A DNA stretch of 64,000 bases from a virus. Location: IMG/VR virus record IMGVR_UViG_3300041964_000082, positions 1-64,000 of that record; one strand, 5' to 3'. Positions 44,567 through 56,607 of the stretch are shown piece after piece; position 1 is the first letter of the stretch; each line of letters starts with the position of its first letter. Both the position numbers and the translations under genes were made by a program. The notes under the pieces were generated by a model that made no database searches, was not told the DNA's origin, and saw nothing but the letters and a program-made list of their open reading frames with translations.

Positions 44567-44961
44567 AATTGTCGAGACTGCGATCGATCTCTGATCAACC
44601 TGGCCTCAAGCAATCAAGTTTTGCTAATTTCTTTCCCTAGCCTACTCGTGTTTTTACGGGGAAGACACCCCTTTATCTAAAAAAGTCTCTCTATCTTTTG
44701 GATTAGGTAGCATCTGCTTCACAATTGCTTTCTCATGCGCAGAAGGGCTTTGAGCAATTGTATACGATCGCGCTTCATGAAACTTTTACACAAGGGTGGG
44801 CTGAGTCACCTCATGGGTGGGTGCGATCGACTGTGAGAAAATAACGGGAAACCGACGCAGCCAAGCTTTGCAAGGGCAGCCGCGTCGGTTTTGTCGTAAC
44901 TGGACAATTGCACTCACAGGTTTAGACGTTCGGTTTAGACCAGTGGGTGTAACCCCTCACT

Positions 44962-45201
44962 ATGGTAAAACAAGGCGATCGATTTACGTTGGGTGAACTG
45001 CGCAGAATTAGGGGAATAACGCAGCGGCAAGTAGCGGATGCAATGGGCGTCACCGGAAAGGCTGTGAGCGAATGGGAGCGCGGCATTAACGAGCCGCATA
45101 TCACGCCGCTGCAAACGCAGAAAATGATGGAAGCCTATGGCTGTGACACAGTTCAAGAATTGGTAGACGCGGTTGCTGCTTGCCGCCAACAAAATGCGTA
45201 A
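44962..45201 (+). CDS. XRE/Cro-like HTH regulator
   Basis: LGELRRIRGITQRQVADAMGVTGKAVSEWERG..EP. Confidence 0.9.
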   Translation: MVKQGDRFTLGELRRIRGITQRQVADAMGVTGKAVSEWERGINEPHITPLQTQKMMEAYGCDTVQELVDAVAACRQQNA

Positions 45202-45238
45202 AAGCCTTCTGTAGCCGACGCGATCGAGCGGTCGAATG

Positions 45239-47519
45239 TCAAGCATCGGTGCTGCTCTCTTTATTCGCTTCCTTTCGCTGGCGAATCAGCACCTTCAGAT
45301 CACCCCAAACCTGATAATTGTGAGCGGTGCTGGTAATGCGTTTAACCCATCCTCTCAGCGCTGTATCCCACAATTCGGCAATGACAGCGAAACAGATAAA
45401 CAGTGCTGCTACTAGCCCAGCGATCGTGACCGTGGCCACAATGTAAGGCGTAATTGCTTGGCAGAAATTCAAATAGCGAACTGGTAGATCAAGCATCGGT
45501 GTCACTCCTCAGCGCAGCAATCTCCATCAATCTAGCTTCCACCATTTCGATCGAAGGGTGCGACTCAAAATCGCCTAAACCTGATACGCGATTTGCCACT
45601 GCTAAGGCTTTTGCGGAAAACAAACCAGGTGAAAACCTCAACCTAAACTGCTCGATGTCTGAATCAAAATAATATTTAGGATTGTCATGCAATACAATTT
45701 GAAACGATCCTTGATTGTCAATCCCACCCTCTGAGTGTCCTGCAATCCCATAGTAAAGAGCCGTCCTAGGGTAATGCGCTCCACCTGTCCATAGTTCGGT
45801 CATATTTGCTCCTTTGTAAAACTCAAAACGGCGGCAAAACCTCACGCCCACAGATCAAGCATCGGTGTCATTCTTCAGCGCAGCGATCGCTGCTTCCATA
45901 TCTTCTGTACTCGTCACCTGCTGCACCCGTCTGCCGCGCGGCTGCTCGTACACAGTCCATTGGTCATACTCCCAAACTAGCCAGCGGTTATCACAGGATA
46001 GGCGGGCGTTTTGGGTTTTGAGGAATTGTTCAAGCATCGCGATCGTCCTCACTCCAGTAGTAACGCTTGACGACAATTAGAATTATCTTGCTCATCTTCA
46101 TCCGCAATCTGAAACTTGCCTTCCCACCAAGGATTGCTTGGCTGTGGAATGACAGCTACAGCTTTAACCTCCTGCACTGGATCTGCGCCCTCTTCATGCC
46201 CAGGAACGACGATCAAAAGTTCATCCGGGTATCGATCGAGGATTTCCTTGAGCTGCTTGACGTTAAGCATCGGCGATCGCCCTCCTCTGCACCGGAGTTG
46301 CCAGTTATCCTTGCAAAAGGCCACCATTCAACCTCATGACCTGTAAATCCTGGCAAGACCTTGATTTCCATCTTTGAGGCGTTCGCATACCAGTGACCGT
46401 AGGAGTCAACGGAGTAGCGATCGCGAAGCATTTGCTCTACTGCTTGCTTCAGATCCTCCTCGCTGCCCATTACGGTGAACCCTCGAATCAATAGCGGATG
46501 GCTAGGAGCGCCCTGCCGAGTTGCAGTGACCGCATACTGCCAGATATAGAGTGGTTCAGGAGGCTCAGGAAAAAGCGAAACCTCCTCTATAGGTGGTAGA
46601 TTGGCTCCCGTCTCCATGTCAACGCCTGTACAAATTGTTTCGCAGTTGTAGGCCTTAAATCCTGGTTTCAGTGAAGTCAAGACACTCGATCGAAACTCAC
46701 TGATCGCTTTTTCAAACGAGACTCCACTGATAGTAATCATCGAGTGGATAGAGTAGGCTTCCCAGCCCTTGCTATCCACCTTAAGCGCGATTCCTGAGCA
46801 GCTTAGCATCCACAAAATTGTCATTTTCTTGGGTAAAAGTAGTTGGGTTGGCTGTCGATTGAGGGTGAGAACTGGCTATGATTGATCGCCCTCCTTCTGC
46901 TCTTGCGCAAATCGATCGCACCACGCTTTTGCCGCTGCGTCGATCTTCGCTTGGTCGGGAATGCCTTTTTCGTTGGCCTTGGCGAGAACAATCTACACTG
47001 CCTCGAAAATCTTCACCTGAGTCACCTTGAGATTTCTGTGAGCGATTTCGGCATCAAGTTGCTGCTTGAATCGCTGGCCGAAGCTTGAAAGGTCTACTAT
47101 GCCTGGGTTTGGGGTTGTCATGGTTGCATTGCCTCCTGAGAATTGAGATCGGTACGAGCAGCAATAATCGCCTCAAGAGTAGTGAAGCCATCGTTCTCAG
47201 ACATAGCACGGCGAAGTTCAGCAGAATCTCGTGCATCCTCAAGTGCTTTCATACGTGCCATGAACGCTGCATGACGTGCCTCTTCCTCTGCATCCATCCT
47301 TTTAAGGTCAATTTCTAGCTTGATTCGATAGAAGATGATTTGCCCTGCAACGGTTATTGCAATGGCTCCGGCAGATCCGCCTAGCTCTGACTTGGGAAAT
47401 GGGAACTGTCCTTTGCTGAAGCTATATCCAACCCAGATCAGAAAAGCCAGAGCTAGCAGGGTTACTCCGTTGTAAATAGCCAGCACTAGATCTACTTCGC
47501 GATCGTCATGGTCGTGCAT
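45239..47519 (-). CDS. Cluster of small leftward hypothetical genes
   Basis: Translationally coupled ORFs, three ending in TDA-stop. Confidence 0.55.
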
Positions 47520-47565
47520 TTGGTTTGTCCTCGTGAATGGTTCAAATCTTTGCGGTGTGCGATCG

Positions 47566-47919
47566 TCAACTCGCTTTATTGTTCGAGCGATACTGCTCGA
47601 CCCTTTTCTGCCAGTGCAGTTTGCCTTTCAAAGCCGTTGTACCGTGTGGCGAGTTTAGATTCGGCTGCAATTCATTAATGTAGAAAAGCTCCCAGCCTAA
47701 AAGATCGGAAAGGCGAGCGTTTTTTGTTTCTCTCAAAATTTCAAGAGAAAAACTAAATACCCCGTTCTCATCGCAAACCTTTTGGAACTTTTTATTTGAA
47801 TGTCGATTTCGGCTTAAACAGTAAATATGCTCAGAAAATCTTGCTTCAATGCAAACACTTGATCCGACATACGAATCGCCTGTCGCAACGCAAGTAATTC
47901 GATAAACACCAACTGTCAT
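47566..47919 (-). CDS. GIY-YIG endonuclease
   Basis: GVYRI.....SYVGSS..I..RF..H; AT-rich. Confidence 0.85.
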   Translation of the reverse strand: MTVGVYRITCVATGDSYVGSSVCIEARFSEHIYCLSRNRHSNKKFQKVCDENGVFSFSLEILRETKNARLSDLLGWELFYINELQPNLNSPHGTTALKGKLHWQKRVEQYRSNNKAS

Positions 47920-48185
47920 TCGCTGGCTCCTGTGTCTTTGATAAGCGAATCTTGAATCTCAGCAATTCGCACATTAATTGCGCTCAATGTCGGCGTCACG
48001 CCTTCTGCATTCAACTGATGGTACGCTTCATAAAACAAAATTAGCTGCTCTACCTGAGATCCTTCGTTGCGCCCTTGTCGTTCAGAAATGCGGGTCAATA
48101 GTGCGCGCAGGTCACTATCTAGTTTGTAATTAACGCGATCTGTAGGTCGCGATCGTCGTGGTCTTCCCAAAATTGTTTCGGTCAT
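47916..48185 (-). CDS. Ribbon-helix-helix-like regulator
   Basis: GRPR..DRVNYKLDSDLRALL...GRNEGSQVEQLI. Confidence 0.6.
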   Translation of the reverse strand: MTETILGRPRRSRPTDRVNYKLDSDLRALLTRISERQGRNEGSQVEQLILFYEAYHQLNAEGVTPTLSAINVRIAEIQDSLIKDTGASE

Positions 48186-48462
48186 CTCGTCGCCCTAATT
48201 AAACATGAAAAACATCTGTATTTGTCTATAATACAGCAGTTATCAGTATTTTATCTGTACAAAATACATGAGAATAAATTATCAATATCTGCTATTACAT
48301 AAGAATTCTGTCTGTTTTTCGTCTGTACAAAAGGCATACGGTTGAGCCATACTGTTTTACAAGGCGGAACCGACAGAGACAACCCGGCTGCTCTGCGGAA
48401 CCAGCGGCAACCAACCTGGATCGCTCCGCCTTTAACTCACCCAAGCAAAGGAGCCAAGTAAA

Positions 48463-51400
48463 ATGATTGCCACATACGCCAAGCAGCTAGCACAGATTGA
48501 AGAGTTTGAGAAAGCCTACGATCATTGCGTTGAAAACTTTCAAGCCCCATTAAAAAAAACTCTTAGAAAAGTTAGAAGGCAAAGACGCTGAAAGTAAATT
48601 TTTGGTGTGTTCTGGAATTGTTAAAGATCCTGCTTTTAGTGCGGCAGTAAAACTATGTGCAATGGCAGTTATAGCTATTGCCTTGGGATTGCGCCCGACA
48701 GTCTAGATGGCGATTAAGGGGGGAGGCTTGAATGTACACCGCACACTGCCAACCCCTCATTTAACTCACTCACTACTGGAGAATCTAATGATCGCCACAT
48801 ACATCACTAGGAAAGGTGCTTCTTACTTCTGTAGCGAACGACTAGCCCATGACGCAGCCGCAAGAAGCAAAACTGAAATCCTGCTCAGGATCACCTCTGG
48901 CTTTTTCGTGGACGGTTTTTATTGGTGGATTGAGAAGCTAACCCCGGAGTTTGGATGGATTGCCGTAGAAGCGTGTGACGACATGGATGAGGCTTACTCA
49001 TCTGCTAAAGAACGAATTTTGCAAGAAATGGCAGACTAGCGCACGAGCATCTATGATGATCAATTTTATTGACAAATACCGCATACAAGAACCGTTTTAC
49101 GGTGTTTTTATTGTCAAAAAGCGCTACTTTTGTTTTTGGCGTATTGCATCATGGACTGGCTCAAAAAATGGCAGTTGCCCACACATTTTTGAGTCTATAG
49201 ATGATGCTGAGCGATGGATAAAGCTGGATATTTACAACGACCGCAAAAGATTCAACCGGGAGTGATGCGGTTTTGCAGAAATGGAAGAGATTCGCGAGGG
49301 CAGCGCAGAGATTCTGCGGCAGTGGGCAGAGGGCGATCGCGCTTAGAGAACGCACATCACAGGAGTATTTATGCAATTCACAGCACTAGATGGATACGCG
49401 ATCGAAGCGGTTAGCAGTTTTTGCGACTGGTTGGATCCTGATCGCGTTCGACTGCGAGACGAAAAGCGGCGGTACTACCAAATTGAAAACGTCTGCAAGC
49501 TTTCAGAGTCTCCCGAAACCATAGCGCGATCGTTTGTCGCAATGGTTGATAACGGACTATGGACTATTGAGCAAATGTGCGAAATGTTGACCTTAGTTCC
49601 TGCTGAGAAATACACCGCCATCGTTAACGCAATCGAAATCTTGAAGGAACGAAGAATCGATACGCGCCTCTTGAAGGCACACAAAGGATAGCGATCGCGC
49701 CCAAGCCGTCCAGTGCAGGGAAGACGACATAAAAGCTTCTGCATACCAAAAGCGATCGCCTCCCCGTCGAAAGTTTGGCGATCGCCTTTCACTCACCACC
49801 GTTAGATAGGAGCAATCATCATGCTACGACGATTTGCCGCCGTTTCCGCGATCGCTCTTTCGCTGTCTATTCCTGCTCAAGCCGCGCTTGCCAATGTCCA
49901 GCCGATCGATCGATGCCCGCTAAAGCCTCATGAATGCGTCCAGACGACGCTACCAGAGTTGCAGGGCAGCAGACAGAAGGGACAGACAACGTACACGCCC
50001 CCAAATCGAGGTGGCCCCACATCCACACAAGGCACTGGCACTCGGTATCGTTAGGCGATAGGAGCGATCGCTCCTCGCAAAACGCCCCTCCACAGGGGCA
50101 CTGCACACTACTCACCACACACTCACAAAGCCATGTCTGTAGAAAAATTTGTAGCCAGCTTGAACGACGAACAACTACAAGCTTTGCTAGAAGCGTTAGA
50201 AAACGATGAATCCGTGAAAGAGCTTTATGAATGCGTTGAAGCTTTGATGGATGCAAGGGGTCTCTAGTTAGCCAATCGCGATCGCCCCTAATGGAGGACT
50301 AGCAGCAGTATGACAAGGTACACCCAATCTCAAATCAATGCCGCCAAGAAAATTGCAGAACTGCATGGATATGACCCAAATCTAGTTTCTGATGAAATTG
50401 CGATTAAGTTTATCGATTGGTGGCATAACTCCAAAACCGAATACGCCTCAGTGGAAGAGGCTACGCGAGCAGGCTTAAGCGGCCTCGTGACAAACGGGAT
50501 TGCTCAGCAAGAAGCATTTTGGCAAGACGAATTCCCCTTACGTTAGGAAAATTGATCGAAATGACCCTTAAAGTATGTGTCTGGCAGTGCAGTCAATGCC
50601 TGTTCTCTGCCAACAAAATAGTGAGCGATCGCCGCAAAAAGCAGATCCTTGCTGAGTGCCGAGCAAATGATCAGCATTTCATTTGCCACAAGAGCGAGGA
50701 TACGGTCTGTCGCGGATTCTACGATCGCTTCAGTACCAACCTGATTAGGATCATGGGTCGCTTGAACGGGATTGAATTTGTAGAACCAGAGAAGGAGAGC
50801 GATCGAAATGACCCTTAAAGAAGCGCTACAGCAAGCGATCGACTCTAGATCCTACTTCACCATCTATGCCGAAGTTTCACCCGATGGCGGCTGCTTCATG
50901 CTCGATAGCGAGGCTTCTTTTGCGAACAGGAAGGAATGCAATTCTTTGCAGCCGCACAGTATATTCGTGAGAGCGTGGATCATTTCCAGCTATCGGCTAG
51001 AGCAGATTTTGGACGAAGTGAACGCAGACGAGTTCCCACTAGGTTAGGAGGCGCGATCGATGAACCTTTGCAAAGAAATTGACTGCCCATTCTTTTCTGA
51101 TGACCACACGAAGTCTTGGGGATGCCAGCGCTGGAAGTCTTCTGGTGTCTGCCACCTTAAAAAAGTTCATCCTGAGTTAGATTCTCGCAGTGGTTACGTT
51201 CTGGACGTTTACACAGAAGTAGACGTTGCTGGATTACGCAGAGAGAATGAAGCGTTCTTTCAAGAAGATCGCTACTTCGGTGAGGTTCGCTCTCACTACG
51301 AGGAATACCCCGAAGACTTTTGAGGGGAAATTTGTCCCGCGGAAAATATAGCTAACTCCAGGAGAAACACAGTGCCTATCAATTTGGACGGTATTAAGCC

Positions 51401-52614
51401 TAAATTCCACGTCCGACTATCCGTAACTAACAACAACCCGTCGATTGTATTTAATTTTGCAAGACCTCCAGGAACAGAGGTGATTGCGGAGTTTAACGCT
51501 TTGAAGAATCATTCTTTCGTTAAATTCTTGATTACTAGCCAAGTGCATCAAAGCGGGATTATTGAATTGACTCCTGAAGTCGATTCCTTTGAGGTAGCAG
51601 AGGCGATCGCAACCTGCTTAGAAAACGATCACGGCTTGACCGTCAACAGGGTTCAGTGTACTTCCATCGCAGGACGGTTTGCTGAATCTGCGGTTGCAAA
51701 GTTTGGAGCGTGACTCAGGAGGCGCTGATGACACCACAAGAGCAACAGTTTTACGAGAACCTTTTTCCCTGCCTGCGCGATCGCGATTGGTGGCACACAG
51801 GGGCGCAAAGCTTCGGTTTGGTTTGGTGGAGGATTAACCTGCCATACATCACGGTAGATGAGATTACTGCTGCTGTTCAGGTAGGTTTGGTTAAGCTGCC
51901 GAATAGTTCCAAGCTGTTTGCTCAGATCAACACTGACGGCTATCCCAGCTTGGGATATACCTGCGATCTGCCAATCAATGTTAGACAGGCAAGTAGTGAG
52001 GAAGTGAAGGCGAATGCAATGTCGATCGCGCTTCAATTGCTCAGTGACAAAACTGAGGTGATTCGCCAGCGTCGGCAGCAGTGGCTAGATGAACTAGAGG
52101 AGATGCGATCGAATGGCGCTAACCTACTCTGAAACTGCCGCACGTGCGATCGCGCTCCACCCCGGCACGATTGCCACCCGCGATGATTTCTATCGGCTGT
52201 ATCGGCGGCTAATTGAAGCCAACGCCCCGATCCAAGATGCACAGGTTGCGGCAGGTGCTATTGCCCGATGGAGACACGAAAGAGTCCCGCCTAACGCCAC
52301 TCAGAAAAGGTCGATCGCGTACCTTAAAGACGTACTAGAGCGATTGAATTTGTACGTGAAGGATTGGAGTCAGCATGATTTCCATTAGAACTGACAGCTA
52401 CAACCAAGCCAATCAACTAATCGCAGCGCTGGCAGAAGCGGATATAGAAGCAGGGATAACTGAGGGCGGCGTTACTTTGCGCGTAACACCGGATCAGATT
52501 CCCCTGTCTAGCCAAATCGCAGCAAGCTATGGTCTGACATTGACAGCAGGCAATGCAATTCCTATGGGCGGTGGATGGGAAGAGTGTTTCTCAAATAAGG
52601 CGAAGCACTGCTAG
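48463..52614 (+). CDS. Rightward array of small hypothetical (early/host-interaction) genes
   Basis: More than ten short ORFs with GGAG RBSs and coupled stops/starts. Confidence 0.6.
49821..50054 (+). CDS. Small secreted peptide precursor
   Basis: Signal peptide ending AQAALA; C-terminal YTPPNRGGPTSTQGTGTR. Confidence 0.65.
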   Translation: MLRRFAAVSAIALSLSIPAQAALANVQPIDRCPLKPHECVQTTLPELQGSRQKGQTTYTPPNRGGPTSTQGTGTRYR

Positions 52615-52849
52615 AAGAATGGCTAGCCTAGCGCGATCGCCTCAGCCGTACCACGTCCCTATAACATAAGCGACTTTGAAGAGTTCGATCCTGATGAGGA
52701 TTACGAGATTGTTCAAGATAGCCAGCTTTTGGGCTATTTCTCTGAGGCAGTGAAAGATTTTATTAAAACGGACTCTTAAGTTGAGGCTTGAGGCAGTTTT
52801 ACCGATTGTCTTTCCGATGACCAAATATTTGGGATGCAAGCCCCGTCGT

Positions 52850-52990
52850 TTACGACGGCTTTTTAGGGAGTCGCAACCTACGGATCAACTCTCTCAGTAC
52901 GTCAGACTTCGTTCTGCAGACTGCCTCGCAATAAGCCTCTAGCAATGCAAACTCTTCATCATTCAACCGGAAAAACACACTTTTACTCAT
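52850..52990 (-). CDS. 46-aa ribbon-helix-helix (CopG-like) protein inside the IS
   Basis: MSKSVFFRLNDEEFALLEAYC...RTKSDVLRELIRRL. Confidence 0.75.
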   Translation of the reverse strand: MSKSVFFRLNDEEFALLEAYCEAVCRTKSDVLRELIRRLRLPKKPS

Positions 52991-53024
52991 GGCAAGGTAT
53001 ATCGTTATGATATACAATAGTAGC

Positions 53025-54236
53025 ATGAAACTTCGCTACCGCTATCGTCTTTATCCCAATTCCGAGCAGGTTAAACTGCTCTCTAAGCTGTTTGGCTGCA
53101 CTCGTGTAGTTTGGAACGACGCTTTAGCTTTTTGCCAGCAGACGTGGAAGGAGGGAATCAAATACCCTGGTGCTAGCGAGTTGATGAAGCAGTTCATCAC
53201 ACAAGCGAAAGCCAATCCTTTGCGCTGCTGGTTAAGCGAGGTTTCTAACATCCCATTGCAACAGTCGATTCGAGATCTAGACGCTGCCTTTCGCAACTTC
53301 TGGAACTCGATCAAAGGCAGCCGCAAGGGGCAGAAAGTAAAGCCACCCAGGTTTAAGAAACGGCATTCTAGACAGACTGCCAGATTCACCACGGGTGGAT
53401 TCAGCATCAAGGCTGAGAAGGTCTACTTTGCCAAGATTGGCAAGGTCAGAACGGTATGGAGTAGACCTTTGCCATCTACTCCATCCTCCGCAACTGTAAT
53501 CAAGGATGCAGCCGGACGCTACTTTGTCAGCTTTGTCTGCGAAGTCGAGGTTGCTACACTGTCAACTTGCCCTAACGCGGTCGGCATAGACTTGGGCATC
53601 CAGACCTTTGCCGCCCTGAGCACGGGTGAGAAGATTGATGCCCCCAAGCCGCTCAAAGCTGCACTCAAAAAGCTCAAACGATTACAACAGAGCCTCAGCC
53701 GCAAGGTGAAAGGATCAAAACGTAGAGAGCAAGCAAAGTTAGCCGTAGCGAAGCTTCACGCCTTCATTGCTGATGCCCGCACCGATTTCCTGCACAAACT
53801 CTCAACTCGACTGATTCGCGAGAACCAAGCAATCAGTTTAGAAGACCTAAATGTGTCAGGGATGGTCAAGAACCGCAAACTCGCAAGAGCGATTAGCGAT
53901 CTAGGGTGGAGAACCTTTCGAGAGATGTTGGTCGCCAAAGGTGGGATGTATGGCCGTGAAGTCAGCATCATCAACCGTTGGGAGCCGACATCGCAAGCCT
54001 GCTCAAACTGTGGGCATCGTGGCGGCAAACTCAATTTGTCTGTCCGATTGTGGGAGTGCCTGTATTGCGGTGTAAGTCATGACCGAGACATCAACGCTGC
54101 CATAAACATCAAAGTCGCGGGAGGACATTCCGAGACTCAAAACGGACGTGGAGAGACTGTCAGACTGCCATTGGCAGCAGGTTTCAGTGAAGCGTCAACC
54201 CATCAATTAGGAGAGCAGCTATGCCTGGACTTCTAG
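53025..54236 (+). CDS. tnpB: RNA-guided endonuclease TnpB
   Basis: YRYRLYP HTH; RuvC GIDLG, LEDL, HDRDINAA; CSNC/CLYC zinc finger. Confidence 0.97.
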   Translation: MKLRYRYRLYPNSEQVKLLSKLFGCTRVVWNDALAFCQQTWKEGIKYPGASELMKQFITQAKANPLRCWLSEVSNIPLQQSIRDLDAAFRNFWNSIKGSRKGQKVKPPRFKKRHSRQTARFTTGGFSIKAEKVYFAKIGKVRTVWSRPLPSTPSSATVIKDAAGRYFVSFVCEVEVATLSTCPNAVGIDLGIQTFAALSTGEKIDAPKPLKAALKKLKRLQQSLSRKVKGSKRREQAKLAVAKLHAFIADARTDFLHKLSTRLIRENQAISLEDLNVSGMVKNRKLARAISDLGWRTFREMLVAKGGMYGREVSIINRWEPTSQACSNCGHRGGKLNLSVRLWECLYCGVSHDRDINAAINIKVAGGHSETQNGRGETVRLPLAAGFSEASTHQLGEQLCLDF

Positions 54237-55453
54237 ATTGGGAATCCCCGTGCGTTCACGCCGGGGAGGATGTCAAATAAGCGACCTCTGCCTGCTCCCA
54301 GTTGTCGCTACTGATTTTGATCTTGGATATGTGGCGTTCGCCAAACGATCGAGTCGGCATCGTTGAAAATATTGCACTTACTCTGGCATTGTCATGATCC
54401 CGGCTGGCTTCTTGCAGGTTGCTGATCGTCTGGTTTAGCATCTTTCCATCGAACAGAGAAATTTGCTCCAGTATCTCAGCGATCGGCAGGCAGTCATCCC
54501 AGCTTTGTGTGTTTTCGCTCATGGCTCGATCAAGTGCGATGAATAGATTCTAGCTGCCGACATTCTGCCGCAGAACGCCCCAACATCGAGTTGCGCGATC
54601 AGGCTTGGGGTCGCTGGGTGGGGAAGCGATCGATAAACTCTAAAATTAATGGTTGACCATTAAAGTAGAATCGAGTATATTAATGGTGTACCAGTAAATC
54701 AAAAGGCGGTCAAAATGCAGCCCAAAACATTTAGTAAAAAATGGTATCCCGGAATGCCTAAATTCTCAGATCCTTTAGATGAGATTGACTGGCTAGAAGA
54801 GTACGAAGCAAAACACGGATTGCGTGAGCCTGAATTTGATGTGGATGGAGCAATTGGAGAGATTGCAAAATATCTCCCAATGGATTCAAACCCATCCGAA
54901 GCCAACCTCTTGAGCAAAGCATACCAAGTAGCTGAGGGCGCGATGTCTGCCCAGGAAGCTGCAAATTTACTCAGCAGCAAGAAAATCGTTATCAAGAAAA
55001 GGTAGGGCAAAGCTAATGCTAGGTGAAGTGAAAAATATTGCCAATCTTGGCGTAAAGCCTGCTACAGGAGAACACTCCTATCAGGTTTTCAGAATGAAAA
55101 ACGGGCACTACAAAGAGGCTCAATATCAGATTGGCACAGTATTTCAAATTGAGGAGGAAGGTGATTCAGGAAGAATGATTCTTCTTGACCCTGACGGAGA
55201 TCGCGTTTTTGTGCCTGCCGAAGAGCGTCAATGCTTTGAGGAGGTAGATGACTCCCCAAAGTAAAACGCGGTCGCCCCGAAGGTTTCAGCCCTATCAACG
55301 GTGAAGGTGGGGCCATGCTCAAAAAGAGCAAAGCATGGTCAATGCCTGACGAGGACTGGAAGTGGCTAGAGTCTCAAGATAACCAGTCCGAAACGCTTCG
55401 ACAGGCGATCGCGTTTTACCGACAGCAGTCAGAATAGACGCGCAGCCAACAGA

Positions 55454-55496
55454 AAAACCGCAGCACTGGGCTGAAAAGCTTGCGTACTGCGGTTTT
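55454..55496. terminator. Bidirectional terminator between convergent operons
   Basis: AAAACCGCAG...CTGCGGTTTT. Confidence 0.7.
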
Positions 55497-56175
55497 GGCG
55501 TGGTTTGTACTAGCGATCGATCTAGCGTCGTCTCAGCTTGTCATTGGCGCTATTCCAAACAGCATCAACCATGATTTCTACCAAATCGCTTGTAATCCGA
55601 TCTTTAACCATCTGCTCTAGGGTTGCATGAAAATCTCTTTGCACAATTATCTGAATTTGCCGCAAGATTTCTTCCTCGACAACCTTCTTGATCGGGTTGT
55701 CATAAGTGGCAGACAGTTTGCCAATCTGCTGCTCAATCTCGGTCTTTAATTTGTCGCCAATTACGCTGTTAAGAATGGCATCAGAAACCATTTGATTGAT
55801 CTGCTCTGCGTCGATGTTGACTTGAATACTCATTGAAAATTCCTGTTTGTTTGGTTTGTACTAGTGGTTAGTAAAGGAACTTTGCCCTGTCATCTCGACA
55901 TGAATGGTCTTGTCTTGATCGTCACACCACACAATGCCGTCTGCATCCCATAGTTTTCTAGTGCCTTCAAGAGCATTTTTTATGCCCTCTGTTTTCGCCA
56001 CCGTGTCTGCCAGGTGAACAAGCTTGACGCCTGCGGTCAATTCTCTTAGGCAGTCGTCAAGGCGATCGGGTGGAATGTCCAGCAGATCAGAGATCGATCG
56101 GATTGTGTATTTGGTGTGTTGCGTCATGGCGTTTTGTGGGTGGTTAGCGCAGGACTGGAGAGCCGCGATCGATGC

Positions 56176-56607
56176 TCAACCATTCACCAACCAATTTAAT
56201 ACCATTGGCAGTAAGTATCGCCAGGTCACCGTAATGCCGATCGCAATACACAGCCAGCGCTGTATTTCGCTAGAGATTTGATCTTGCCACAACAGCCGCC
56301 GATTGGGCTTTTCCTTGCGCTTATTGAGGGGTGGTCGATGCTTAGCTATGGCGATCGCTTCTTCGTGCTTAAGTTTTCGCTCATTCTTTATGATTCGATA
56401 CTCAATATGAGTTGCGCCTAAAGCATCGAGCTGTTTTTCTCGATGGTGACTGCCGTAGCCAAAATTATTGCCCCATCGTTCATGCAAATTTTTGCTGATG
56501 CCGATGTAAAGCAGCTTGCGGGTAAATGGGTTGCGACCTGCGTAGACATAATAGATGCCAGGTTCTTTCGGGAGAGAGGCGCGATCGCTCCAAGGAATGG
56601 ATTTCAT
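56176..56607 (-). CDS. GIY-YIG domain protein with a hydrophobic C-terminus
   Basis: PGIYYV...LYIGISKNLHERW. Confidence 0.8.
   Translation of the reverse strand: MKSIPWSDRASLPKEPGIYYVYAGRNPFTRKLLYIGISKNLHERWGNNFGYGSHHREKQLDALGATHIEYRIIKNERKLKHEEAIAIAKHRPPLNKRKEKPNRRLLWQDQISSEIQRWLCIAIGITVTWRYLLPMVLNWLVNG

Larger units (their letters stand above)
52822..54276 (+). mobile_element. IS200/IS605-family (IS1341-like, TnpB-only) element
   Basis: Left hairpin CCGTCGTTTACGACGG; right hairpin TCCCCGTGCGTTCACGCCGGGGA ending GATGTCAA; no target-site duplication; no tnpA. Confidence 0.88.
52642..54522 (-). pseudogene. 141-aa hypothetical gene interrupted by the IS
   Basis: Joining 54522-54277 to 52821-52642 restores the frame and reads EVAYVIG, matching the internal repeat KVAYVIG. 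Confidence 0.75.

Noticed and set aside
52666-54285. 9-bp ATAAGCGAC target-site duplication defining the IS
   Set aside because: IS200/IS605 elements make no TSD; the match is explained by the internal VAYVIG repeat of the interrupted gene
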